NCBI GenBank assembly: GCA_963758075.1
Contig: CAVWTT010000001.1
Span: 76,973-140,972 of the forward strand
Length of the DNA: 64,000 nt
Reading direction: 5' to 3'
Source: an uncultured Actinomycetota bacterium
GTDB taxonomy: Bacteria > Actinomycetota > Actinomycetes > Propionibacteriales > Propionibacteriaceae
Below, piece by piece: positions 18,858-27,988 of the stretch. The translations under genes were made by a program, and so were the position numbers. Each line of letters begins with the position of its first letter. Position 1 is the first letter of the stretch. The notes beneath the pieces are model-generated. The model was not told where the DNA came from and did no database searches. It saw only the letters and a program-made list of their open reading frames with translations.

Positions 18858-19991
18858 TCAGAAGGTGCGCCGGACCGCTGCGGCGGCCAGCGCGGTGAGC
18901 GCAGCGCGCCCGTCGGTGGTGATGTCGGCCCGGTCCAGCTCGGCCAGCGCCTGTTGGTGATCGTGTTCGATCATCTGCTCGACCGCCTGCCGGGCCCCGG
19001 AGCTGGTGATCACCTCCTGCAGGGCGTCGACACCGGCGGCGTCGAGGTCGGTGTCACCGAGCCGGTCCTCCAGCAGCTTCCGCCCGGTGGCGTCGGCCCG
19101 GGCGAGCGCCTGCGCGACCAGTACGGTGCGCTTGCCCTCCCGTAGATCGTCCCCGGACGGCTTGCCGGTGACCTGGCTGTCGCCGAAGACACCGAGCAGG
19201 TCGTCGCGGTACTGGAAGGCACGGCCCAGGGGCGACCCGAAAGCGGCCAGCCGATCCTGCAACCGGTGGTCCGCGCCGCCCAGGGCGGCGCCGAACTCGA
19301 CCGGACGGCGGACCGTGTACCGGGCCGACTTGTACTCCACCACCCGCTCGGCCTCCTGCAGCGCCCGCTGCAACCGCCCGGTGGGATCGGCGTCCTCGTC
19401 GGGCCGGTAGTCGCGGCGATCGCGGACCTGGGCGACCAGGTCGAGGAACTGCCCGGCCATCACCTCGGTCCGCATCCGCTCCATGATCGGCAGCGCCCGA
19501 TCCAGCATCGCCGGGGCCAACCCGCACCGTTGCAGCATCTCCGCCGACCAGATCAGCAGCAGGTCACCGAGCAGGATCGCGCCGGCCCGGCCGAACCCGA
19601 GCCCGTCCCCGAGCCAGCCCAGGTCGGCGTGCAGCCGTTCGAACCGGCGATGGGCCGCCGGCACCCCGCGGCGCAGATCGGAGCCATCCATCACGTCGTC
19701 GTGCACCAGCGCACTGACATGCAAGAGGTCCAGGCTGGCCGCGGCCCGGATCAGGGCCGGCCGGACCGGGCCCGGGTCGCCGGCCGCGGCGACGTAACCC
19801 CAGTAACAGAACGCCGGCCGCAACCGCTTGCCGCCGGCCGCCAGGTCGCCGGCCATCCGCCGCACCGGCCCCAGTTCGGCACCCATCGGTGCCAGCACGT
19901 CGGCCTGTCCGGCCAGAAAGGCCGCGATCGCCTCGGAGACCGCGTCGGTGAACGGGCTGCCCAGCGGCGCGGTCGGATCCGGTGGTGTCAC
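18858..19991 (-). CDS. idsA: Polyprenyl diphosphate synthase (GGPP synthase, IdsA/CrtE-like)
   Basis: GGKRLRP, HDDVMD (FARM), YKSARYT, FQYRDDLLG (SARM), DDLREGK. Confidence 0.9.
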   Translation of the reverse strand: MTPPDPTAPLGSPFTDAVSEAIAAFLAGQADVLAPMGAELGPVRRMAGDLAAGGKRLRPAFCYWGYVAAAGDPGPVRPALIRAAASLDLLHVSALVHDDVMDGSDLRRGVPAAHRRFERLHADLGWLGDGLGFGRAGAILLGDLLLIWSAEMLQRCGLAPAMLDRALPIMERMRTEVMAGQFLDLVAQVRDRRDYRPDEDADPTGRLQRALQEAERVVEYKSARYTVRRPVEFGAALGGADHRLQDRLAAFGSPLGRAFQYRDDLLGVFGDSQVTGKPSGDDLREGKRTVLVAQALARADATGRKLLEDRLGDTDLDAAGVDALQEVITSSGARQAVEQMIEHDHQQALAELDRADITTDGRAALTALAAAAVRRTF

Positions 19992-20075
19992 ACCGGCGAG
20001 CCTACGGTGCGGGCCCGGGCCGGTGACACGGTCGCCGCCGGAGCCTGACGGTCAGCGGCGATAGGCTTGGCGGTC

Positions 20076-20999
20076 ATGGCCGTCCACACCCGCGCGTCGG
20101 CGCCTCTGCGGGCGCCGTCCATCGCCGACCTGCTGACGCAGAGCGACCGGCCACTGTTCTCCTTCGAACTCTTCCCGCCGCGCAACGCCGAGGAGGAACG
20201 TCGGGCCTGGCTCACCGTCCGCCGGCTCGAGGCGTTGGCGCCGGACTTCGTCTCGGTCACCTACGGCGCCAACGGTTCGACCCGGGACCGGACCATCGCC
20301 ATGACCGAGCAGATCGCCGGTACCACCACGCTGCGCACGATGGCGCACCTGACCGCCGCCTCCCAGAGCACCGATCAGCTGCGCAAGGTGATCGGCTCGT
20401 ACGCCGCTGCCGGGATCCGGCACATCCTGGCCATCCGGGGCGACATGCCCGGCGGCCCGACGGTGCCCTGGCAGCAGCATCCCGGGGGCGTGGCCAACGC
20501 CACCGAACTGGTGGCCATGATCGCCGAACTCGGTGACTTCTGCATCGGTGTGGCGGCGTTCCCCGACATCCATCCGCAGGTCCGCGACGCCGACCTGGAC
20601 GCCCGGCTGCTGGCCGCCAAGGCACGGGCCGGGGCCGGCTTCGCGGTCACCCAGCTGTTCTTCACCCCGGCCCGCTACTTCGAGCTGGTGGACCGGGTGC
20701 GGACGATCGGCTGCGACATCCCCATCATCCCGGGGATCCAGCCGGTCACCAGGCTCAGCCAGATCCAGCGGTTCGCCGAGCTGTCCGGTGCCGAGCTTCC
20801 CGCCGACGTGGTGACCCGGCTGGAGGCGGCCGGCGACGACCCGCGACAGGTCCGTGCGGTAGGCGTGCAGATCGCCGGCGACCTGGCCGCGGAACTGTTG
20901 GCCGGTGGGGCGCCGGGGGTGCACCTCTACACGATGAACCGGTCGCAGGCTACTCGAGAGGTGTACGCCAGGCTGCGTCGCGAGTTCGGTCGAGGGTGA
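20076..20999 (+). CDS. metF: 5,10-methylenetetrahydrofolate reductase
   Basis: SFELFPP, SVTYGA, AHLT, RGD, TQLFF, HLYTMN; ATG 8 nt after TAGGCT. Confidence 0.92.
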   Translation: MAVHTRASAPLRAPSIADLLTQSDRPLFSFELFPPRNAEEERRAWLTVRRLEALAPDFVSVTYGANGSTRDRTIAMTEQIAGTTTLRTMAHLTAASQSTDQLRKVIGSYAAAGIRHILAIRGDMPGGPTVPWQQHPGGVANATELVAMIAELGDFCIGVAAFPDIHPQVRDADLDARLLAAKARAGAGFAVTQLFFTPARYFELVDRVRTIGCDIPIIPGIQPVTRLSQIQRFAELSGAELPADVVTRLEAAGDDPRQVRAVGVQIAGDLAAELLAGGAPGVHLYTMNRSQATREVYARLRREFGRG

Positions 21000-23232
21000 C
21001 CAGCCGCTGGGTCGGCCGGGTCAGCGCCACGTAGAGCACCCGGCTGCCACCCGGCGACTCCTCGACGACGTCGTCGGGGGAGACCACCAGCACCCCGTCG
21101 TACTCCAGGCCCTTGGACTGCAGCGCGGTGACCACGACCAGCCGGGCGGCGTCGGAGCCGTCGATGCCGGCGACCAACCCGTCCTGGATCCGGTCGATCA
21201 ACGACGGCGGGCAGATCACGCCGACGGTTCCCTCCACGGCCGTCAGCAGGTCCCGGACCGCGGCCACGGCCGCCTGTTCGAGGTTCCCGTCGGCGGTCCG
21301 CAGCTGCGGCTGCACGCCGGTGGAGCGGACGGCCCGCGGCAGGTCGGCAGCCGGATAGGCCTGTAGGGCGACACGGGCGGCGAGGTCGAACACCTCGGCC
21401 GGGCTGCGGTAGTTGGTGCTCATCCGGAACTCGCGGTGCGGGGCGTTGCCGACCACCTGCCGGATGGCGTGCTGCACCTCCTCCGGATCGGGCCACGAAC
21501 TCTGTGCCGGGTCGCCGACGATGGTCCAGCTGGCGTGCTGGCCGCGGCGGCGCAGCATCCGCCATTGCATCGGCGAGATGTCCTGGGCCTCGTCCAGCAG
21601 CACGTGGGCATAGGTCTGGTAGGGCTCGGCGAACGGGTCCTCCTCCCGATGGACCGCGAGCCGGTCGGCGGTGGTGACCACCTCGCTGACCTCGTGGCCC
21701 TCCTCGTCGAGGAAGATGTTGGGTTCCTGGTCCAGTTCCGGCATCGGGCCGATCCGGTCGACGAGTTCGTCCAGCAGGGCGGTGTCGGCGACGGTCGGCT
21801 CACCGCCGGCGAAGCTCTCGGCCAGCAGCCGGCGTTCCCGGGCGTCCAGGCTGCGGGCGGCGACCCGTTCCAGGGTGAGCGGATCCGCCAACCGGGCCAG
21901 GGTGTCCTCCGCCGAAAGGTAGGGCCACCAGGCGTTGCAGAACATCCGGAAGGTGGCCATCTCGGTGACCAGTTCACCGAACTGCTGGCGATCCAGCTCG
22001 ATGGTGTCCGGCTTCGATTGCCACAGCGCGTTCACCAGCGCCGACTCGGCCGCCTCCCGACCCTGGTTCACCCGGTAGCGGGACAGAACCTCGGAGCGGA
22101 TCCGGGCCAGGGTGTCCGACCGCAGCACCAGCGGCTCGCCCTTGATGGTGATCGCCAGCATTCCCGGTGCGCCGTTGGGCGGCTCGGCGGCCAGCCGCTT
22201 GAGGATGCCGACCATCGCCAGCCGGCCCTTGATCACCCCGACCTCGCGGGAGTCCACCCGGTCGCCACCGAGCCGGACCACGTCGGAGGCGACCGCGCCG
22301 ATCGAACGCAACGTCACCGACTCCTCGCCCAGCGACGGCAGCACCCGCTCGATGTAGTTCATGAAGACCCGGCTGGGCCCGACGACCAGGACGCCGCCGG
22401 ACTCGAACCTGCGCCGGTTGGAGTAGAGCAGGTACGCGGCCCGGTGCAGGGCGACCACCGTCTTGCCGGTGCCCGGCCCGCCGGTGATCATGGTGACACC
22501 CTGGTACGGGGCCCGGATCGCCTCGTCCTGTTCAGACTGGATGGTGGCCACGATGTCGCGCATCTGCAGGCCGCGGGCCCGGGTCAACGCCGCCATCAAG
22601 GCCCCCTCGCCGACGACGACGAGGGTCTCGTCGGCCCGGTCACCGTCCAGCAGGTCGTCCTCGACACCGATCACCCGCTGACCCCGGGACCTCAGCACGC
22701 GGCGGCGGACCACATCCATCGGACGGGTCGGGGTGGCGCGGTAGAACGGCTCGGCGGCCGGTGCCCGCCAGTCGATGACCAACGGCTCGTAGTCCTCGTC
22801 GCGGACCCCGATCCGGCCGATGTAATGGGTCTCCTGGTCGGCGCGGTCGAGCCGGCCGAACACCAGACCCTCATGCTCGGCGTCGAGTGTGGCCAGCCGT
22901 TTGGCGGCCTGGAAGGCGAAGACGTCGCGCTCGTACAGGCCGGTGCCGTCCTCCTCGCGGACGTAGGAGCCGCGGTCGGAGTGGTAGCGGGCCCGGCCCT
23001 CGGTGGCCACCTGGCGCGCCGACCGGGTCGCCTCCCCGAGCCGGGTGTAGACGCGGTCGACGTGGGCCTGTTCGGCGGCGATCTCGGCCGCGATCACCTC
23101 GGGTGAGGTGCTGGGGGCGGGGCCGCCGGTCCCCGCGGTGCGGTCGCCCGGGTGCTGGGCGGAGTGCTCGGGTGTCGTCGGATGCGACGGGCGGACGGAG
23201 GTCTGCGCTGCGCTCTCACCGGGAGTTGTCAA
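20950..23232 (-). CDS. helD: HelD-family (UvrD-like) helicase / RNA polymerase recycling ATPase
   Basis: DWRAP, IVATIQSEQD, GGPGTGKT, LDEAQD, NYRS, KGLEYD, YVALTR; start position uncertain. Confidence 0.85.
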   Translation of the reverse strand: MTTPGESAAQTSVRPSHPTTPEHSAQHPGDRTAGTGGPAPSTSPEVIAAEIAAEQAHVDRVYTRLGEATRSARQVATEGRARYHSDRGSYVREEDGTGLYERDVFAFQAAKRLATLDAEHEGLVFGRLDRADQETHYIGRIGVRDEDYEPLVIDWRAPAAEPFYRATPTRPMDVVRRRVLRSRGQRVIGVEDDLLDGDRADETLVVVGEGALMAALTRARGLQMRDIVATIQSEQDEAIRAPYQGVTMITGGPGTGKTVVALHRAAYLLYSNRRRFESGGVLVVGPSRVFMNYIERVLPSLGEESVTLRSIGAVASDVVRLGGDRVDSREVGVIKGRLAMVGILKRLAAEPPNGAPGMLAITIKGEPLVLRSDTLARIRSEVLSRYRVNQGREAAESALVNALWQSKPDTIELDRQQFGELVTEMATFRMFCNAWWPYLSAEDTLARLADPLTLERVAARSLDARERRLLAESFAGGEPTVADTALLDELVDRIGPMPELDQEPNIFLDEEGHEVSEVVTTADRLAVHREEDPFAEPYQTYAHVLLDEAQDISPMQWRMLRRRGQHASWTIVGDPAQSSWPDPEEVQHAIRQVVGNAPHREFRMSTNYRSPAEVFDLAARVALQAYPAADLPRAVRSTGVQPQLRTADGNLEQAAVAAVRDLLTAVEGTVGVICPPSLIDRIQDGLVAGIDGSDAARLVVVTALQSKGLEYDGVLVVSPDDVVEESPGGSRVLYVALTRPTQRLVTLDRTRDAAWRTPLE

Positions 23233-23318
23233 GAAGGATCCTTACTCCGTGGGTCGAGCACGCAACTTTACTCCGCCCCCGACCGCGGCAAGGCGTCAGT
23301 TGATCATCCCGGCGGCCG

Positions 23319-24581
23319 CTATCGCGGCTCGAGCGGCCGATCGGGGGCGACCAGACGCTGGCAGGCATAGGCCGCCAGGGCGCCCGACAGCACCTGCTGG
23401 GACGGTTCGGCGCCACCACGGGAGTACGCCCCGGCCAGGAACAGCCCCGACACTCGGCTGGTCACCGGCGGCCGGTCCAGCCAACTGCCGAAACCACGCC
23501 AGCCGACGCCGGTCGGGTCGGTGCGGCCGGCGCGGTAGTCGTGGCCGATGCACAGGGTCCGGCTGCCGGCGGTCCGGGTCCATTCCAGCAGCGGCCCGGT
23601 ACCGGACCGGTGCCGAACGGTTTCGGTCGGTCCCGCGTCCGTCCCGCGACCATCGGCCCAGTCGAGCCGGATCTCGGGGGTGATCGCCGGCGGCAGTCGG
23701 TGCAGCCGGCGGCGTTCGGACCGGGCGACCCGGCGCGGCAGCAGTCGGTCGTAGAGCTGCCGGGCGTCGCAGCAGGCGATCACCGCGTCCGCCGTCAGCG
23801 ACCCGTCGGTGCTGTCGACCGCGGGCGGGTCGACGCGGACGCCGACCGCACGCACACCGGTGCGCAGTTCGACCCGTCGCAGCTGCAGCCGCTGCTCGAG
23901 CAGGCCGACCATGGTGGCGCCGGAGCCGGCGGTCCAGCGGCCGAAGGTGCGGTCCAGGTAGAGCTGGACGGCGTGGAAGGCCGGTGTCCGGTCCGGCGTC
24001 GAGCCGGCCCGGTAGGCGAGGTCGCCGACGATCGTGGCCAGCTGCGGCTGTTCGAGCCGGCGGGCCAGCCCGGCGAGGGTCTGGTGGTGCCACAGCCGGT
24101 GGCGTACGGGTCGGCCGAGCTGGCGGCGGTCGGTCAGTTCGGCCTCGATGCCGAGCGGTCTCAGCGCCTGCCAGACGTCGCCGAGGCCGTCGACCAGGGC
24201 CTGCCACCGGTCCGCGGCCGGCCGGCCCCAGCGCGCGGTGATCGCGGCATGCTGGTCGCCGCGGCCGATCGGCAGCACGAACTCGGTGCCGTCGGCGAAC
24301 ACGTGCCGGGCCGGCGCGGCCGGCACCAACTCCTCGCCGGTGCGGGCGAACTCCGCCTCCAGCGCCCGGCCGCTCTTGCGGAACAGGTCCCGCCACGGGG
24401 CCGGGAAGGAGAAGATCGGCGGGGCCATGTCGACGACCGTGCCGTTCAGGTCCACCGGCGCCCAGGCGCCGCCGATCCGGTCCCGCGCCTCCAGCACGGT
24501 GACCCGGTGACGGGCCTTCGCCAGCCGGGCCGCGGCCGCCAGACCGGCCAGCCCCGCCCCGATCACCACCACCGATGCCAC
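23319..24581 (-). CDS. Phytoene desaturase (CrtI)-like FAD-dependent oxidoreductase
   Basis: VIGAGLAGL Rossmann motif, PAPWRDLFRKSGR, C-terminal LFLAGA; shorter than typical CrtI. Confidence 0.75.
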   Translation of the reverse strand: MASVVVIGAGLAGLAAAARLAKARHRVTVLEARDRIGGAWAPVDLNGTVVDMAPPIFSFPAPWRDLFRKSGRALEAEFARTGEELVPAAPARHVFADGTEFVLPIGRGDQHAAITARWGRPAADRWQALVDGLGDVWQALRPLGIEAELTDRRQLGRPVRHRLWHHQTLAGLARRLEQPQLATIVGDLAYRAGSTPDRTPAFHAVQLYLDRTFGRWTAGSGATMVGLLEQRLQLRRVELRTGVRAVGVRVDPPAVDSTDGSLTADAVIACCDARQLYDRLLPRRVARSERRRLHRLPPAITPEIRLDWADGRGTDAGPTETVRHRSGTGPLLEWTRTAGSRTLCIGHDYRAGRTDPTGVGWRGFGSWLDRPPVTSRVSGLFLAGAYSRGGAEPSQQVLSGALAAYACQRLVAPDRPLEPR

Positions 24582-24646
24582 GTCGGCAGAGCCTAGCCGG
24601 CGGTCGGCCGCAGCATTGCAGCGGCAGCGGGACCGGCCGGCGCCGG

Positions 24647-25942
24647 TCAGACGGTCGCCGGCAGCTCCGCGTTCAGGCGGACGGGCAGCGACTTCAGGCC
24701 GTACACGATCGACAACTCCTGGAAGGACAGCTCGCCGGGTTCCACCGCCAACTCCATGTCGGGGAACCGCCCGGCCAGCGCCACGAACGCCGCCCGCAGC
24801 TCCATCCGGGCCAGCTCGGCCCCGACGCAGCGGTGCAGCCCGTACCCGAAGGCGACGTGCGACTGGGCCGGATTGCGGTGCGGGTCGAATCGGTCGGGAT
24901 CGGCACCGAACACGGCCGGGTCGCGGTCGGCGCCGCTGAGGGAGACCAGAATCGGGTCGCCGGCCTTGATCCGGCGGCCGCCGAGGAGGTGGTCGTGGCG
25001 GGCGAACCGGGGAAAACCGATCTGTACCACCGTCAGGTAACGCAGCATCTCCTCCACGACGGCGTCGACGGTCTCCGGATGCCGGGCCAGTAGCCCGATC
25101 GTCTCCGGGTTGCGCAGCAGCGCCAGGGCGCCCAGGGACAGCATGCTGACCGAGGTCTCGTAGCCGCCGGTGAAGACGCCGTCGGCCAGCCCGGCCAACT
25201 CGCGGTCGGTGATGTCGGCGCCGTGATCCTTGATGATCTGGCCGATCAGCCCGTCACCGGGTTCCCGCCGCTGCTGCTGGACGGCCTCGATCAGGTAGGT
25301 CTTGGACTCCGCCCCGGCACCCAACGCACCCATGCCGCCGCTGGTGACATCGAATCGGGCCGGCCCCAGTTCGAGGAACGGCGTTCGATCCTGCACCGGC
25401 AGGCCGAGCAGGTCGCAGATCACCGTGAACGGGATCGGGAAGGCGAAATCGGTGACCAGGTCGACCACCGGTCCCCGGACGGCGATCTCGTCCAGCTGCT
25501 GCTCGACGGTCGCGCTGATCTTCGGTTCCAGCCGCTGCAACCGACGCCGGGTGAACTCCGGGGTCAGGATCCTGCGCAGCCGGGTGTGGTCGGGTGGATC
25601 GGTGAAGCCGAGACCGCCGATGTCGTGGGCGTCGGAGGTCTGTTGGTTGCCCACATAGGGCCGGACGTCGTTGCTGTAGCCGTCCCGGTCGCCCAGCACC
25701 TGCTTGGCCTCGGCGTAGCCGGACACCATCCAGACGCTCAGCCCGAACAACTTGCCGAGCCGCGTCACCGGCTCGCCGGCCCGCCGCTCGGCCAGCTCCG
25801 GGACCGGGTCCATGCCGTTACGCAGGAACGGCAGCCGGAACGGCTTCGGCACCGCCGACAGTTTGGACAGGTCCAGTTGGCCGCCGGTACGCGCGAGCAT
25901 GCGCCGTCCGAGCCAGGAGCGGAGCGTCGATCTCAGACCCAT
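24647..25942 (-). CDS. Cytochrome P450
   Basis: FTDPPDHTRLRR, GGYET I-helix, EEMLR (ExxR), FGYGLHRCVG heme-ligand Cys. Confidence 0.93.
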   Translation of the reverse strand: MGLRSTLRSWLGRRMLARTGGQLDLSKLSAVPKPFRLPFLRNGMDPVPELAERRAGEPVTRLGKLFGLSVWMVSGYAEAKQVLGDRDGYSNDVRPYVGNQQTSDAHDIGGLGFTDPPDHTRLRRILTPEFTRRRLQRLEPKISATVEQQLDEIAVRGPVVDLVTDFAFPIPFTVICDLLGLPVQDRTPFLELGPARFDVTSGGMGALGAGAESKTYLIEAVQQQRREPGDGLIGQIIKDHGADITDRELAGLADGVFTGGYETSVSMLSLGALALLRNPETIGLLARHPETVDAVVEEMLRYLTVVQIGFPRFARHDHLLGGRRIKAGDPILVSLSGADRDPAVFGADPDRFDPHRNPAQSHVAFGYGLHRCVGAELARMELRAAFVALAGRFPDMELAVEPGELSFQELSIVYGLKSLPVRLNAELPATV

Positions 25943-26104
25943 CGTCATCCAGTTCCATCGGGCCACCGGCGCGGTCGGTCCGGCGGCGGGATCTGCGCCC
26001 GGCCACGTGCCGACCGCGGCGTTCCAGCCAGTCCGACCCTACTTGGCGGTGGTGATCATTCCGGCCGGGCGCGCGCTGTGACCTGGCGCACTACGGTGGG
26101 GCCC

Positions 26105-26881
26105 ATGACCGATGTCACGCCGACCGATGTCGCGCCCGGGCTGGCGCCGGTGGCCGAGGACTGGCAGCGGGCGCTCTGCGTGGTGGCCCATCCCGACGAC
26201 ATGGAGTTCGGTACCTCGGCGGCAGTGGCCCGCTGGACCGATCAGGGCAAGTCGGTCGTCTATGCGATGGTCACCAGCGGTGAGGCCGGCATCGACGGGT
26301 TGGCTCCCGCGGAGTGCCGCGAGATCCGTGAGGCCGAGCAGATCGACTCGGCGCGCCTGGTCGGTGTGGACCGGGTGGACTTCCTGGGCCAACCCGACGG
26401 TGTGCTGGAGTACGGCGTGGCGCTGCGGAAGGTGATCTGCGCCAGTATCCGAGAGCACCAACCCGAGATCGTCATCACCGGGAACTTCCATGATCGGTTC
26501 GGGCCGGGGATGCTGAACCAGGCCGACCACATCGCAACCGGTCGGGCCGTACTGGACGCCATCCGCGACGCGGCCAATCGTTGGGTCTTCTCCGACCAGG
26601 TGGAGGCGGGGCTGGAGCCCTGGCACGGCGTCCGGCAGTTGTGGGAGGCCGGCTCGCCGGAGCCCACCCATGCGGTGGACACCTCCGATCATCTCGACCG
26701 TGGCATCGCCGCGCTGGCCGCGCACCAGGCCTACCTGGACGGACTGGACTTCCACATCGACCCCGAGGAGTTCCTCGAAGGTCTGGCCCGACAGGTCGGC
26801 GCCCGCTTCCGGACCCGGTTCGCCACCTCCTTCGAGGTGTACTCCTTCATTCCCGACATCGAGACCGAACAGCAACTCTGA
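26105..26881 (+). CDS. PIG-L family deacetylase
   Basis: VVAHPDD, TSGEAG, QADH, AHQAY; leaderless ATG 6 nt after TACGGT. Confidence 0.88.
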   Translation: MTDVTPTDVAPGLAPVAEDWQRALCVVAHPDDMEFGTSAAVARWTDQGKSVVYAMVTSGEAGIDGLAPAECREIREAEQIDSARLVGVDRVDFLGQPDGVLEYGVALRKVICASIREHQPEIVITGNFHDRFGPGMLNQADHIATGRAVLDAIRDAANRWVFSDQVEAGLEPWHGVRQLWEAGSPEPTHAVDTSDHLDRGIAALAAHQAYLDGLDFHIDPEEFLEGLARQVGARFRTRFATSFEVYSFIPDIETEQQL

Positions 26882-26919
26882 GCCGGCGTCTACCGCCGGC
26901 CGCCGCCGGACCCGGCTTT

Positions 26920-26941
26920 TGTCAGCGGCCGGTTGTACTCT
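26920..26941 (+). promoter_or_regulatory. PafBC-type (RecA-NDp) promoter of the methyltransferase-dinB operon
   Basis: TGTCAG-CGGCCGGTTG-TA-CTC-T. Confidence 0.8.
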
Positions 26942-26949
26942 TCAAGATG

Positions 26950-26965
26950 TCGAAAGGCTGTTCGA
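26950..26965 (+). promoter_or_regulatory. LexA (SOS) box
   Basis: TCGAAAGGCTGTTCGA, one mismatch to actinobacterial TCGAAC-N4-GTTCGA, 8 nt after the -10. Confidence 0.8.
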
Positions 26966-27228
26966 TTTTCTCGCCCGGCCCTCGAATCCGCTTTCCGCGG
27001 ACGGGCATCAGCCCGTGCCTGTGACCGGGCGGGTGACCGGACAGCTGACGATGGCGCCGTGTTCGCGGCACGGTGCAGACCGGGCCGCTCCGGCCGGACG
27101 GACCTCGACCCCCGCCCGGCCGGAGCTTCCGACGCGCATCAACGACTCGACGACCGGTGCCCGGCTGTGGGGGAGGGGCTGAGAGACTGTGCAGACAGGG
27201 CTGATCGACGCGGCACAGGAGGATCACC

Positions 27229-27954
27229 ATGGCCGAGCACCGGCGCCCCCACCGGAACCGGTCGGTCGCCGACGCGTTCCTGGTCGACCTGGTGTCGGGC
27301 CAGATACGGCGTTGGCAGCAGCGGCGCGGGATCGACGATTACCGTGTCGTCGACCTCGGCGGCGGCACCGGAACCTTCGCGATCACCCTGGCCGAGGCCG
27401 GCCACCCGGTGACGGTGATCGATCCGAGCCTGGACGCGCTCGCCTCGCTGCAGCGCCGGACGGCCGAACGCGGTCTGGGCGACCGGCTGCGCGGGGTGCA
27501 GGGCGACGCGGCCGACCTGCTGGGCCTGCTCGGCGCGGCGTCGACCGACGTGATGATCTGTCATCGCACGCTGGAGGTGATCGACGACCCGGCGACGGCA
27601 CTGACCGCGATGGGCGAGGTGGTCAGGCCGGGTGGGCTGCTCAGCGTGCTGGTGCCGCAGCGGCGGGCCACGGTGTTGTCCCGGGTACTGCAGGGCCATG
27701 TTGCCGCGGCCCTGGAGGCCATGGACGACCCGGCCCGCTTCGATCTGGAGGACGTCGTCGCCCTGATCGAGCAGGCGGGCTTCACCGTGGACGAGATCGA
27801 CGGGATCGGCGCACTGGTCCAGCACGTGCCGGTGGCGGTCATCGAGTCCGAGCCGGGTGTCGCCGACCAGTTGTACGCGCTGGAAACGCGGATCAGCCGC
27901 GACCCGGCCTTCCGGGCACTGGCCCCGTGGGCCCACATCAGCGCCTGGCGCTGA
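27229..27954 (+). CDS. Class I SAM-dependent methyltransferase upstream of dinB
   Basis: VVDLGGGTG motif I, VIDPS, QGDAADL, CHRTLE; AGGAGG RBS. Confidence 0.88.
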   Translation: MAEHRRPHRNRSVADAFLVDLVSGQIRRWQQRRGIDDYRVVDLGGGTGTFAITLAEAGHPVTVIDPSLDALASLQRRTAERGLGDRLRGVQGDAADLLGLLGAASTDVMICHRTLEVIDDPATALTAMGEVVRPGGLLSVLVPQRRATVLSRVLQGHVAAALEAMDDPARFDLEDVVALIEQAGFTVDEIDGIGALVQHVPVAVIESEPGVADQLYALETRISRDPAFRALAPWAHISAWR

Positions 27955-27988
27955 CCGGCCCGGCCTCGCCGCGGCGGGCGGGCGTGCC

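Noticed and set aside
18600-18860. Terminal inverted repeats or target-site duplication around the miniature and the full element
   Set aside because: None found by eye, so not called a classical IS or MITE
23285-23294. Rifamycin-associated element (RAE) upstream of the HelD-family gene
   Set aside because: Only GCGGCAAGGC matches one half of the RAE palindrome as I recall it; the other arm is absent and the N-terminus does not resemble HelR
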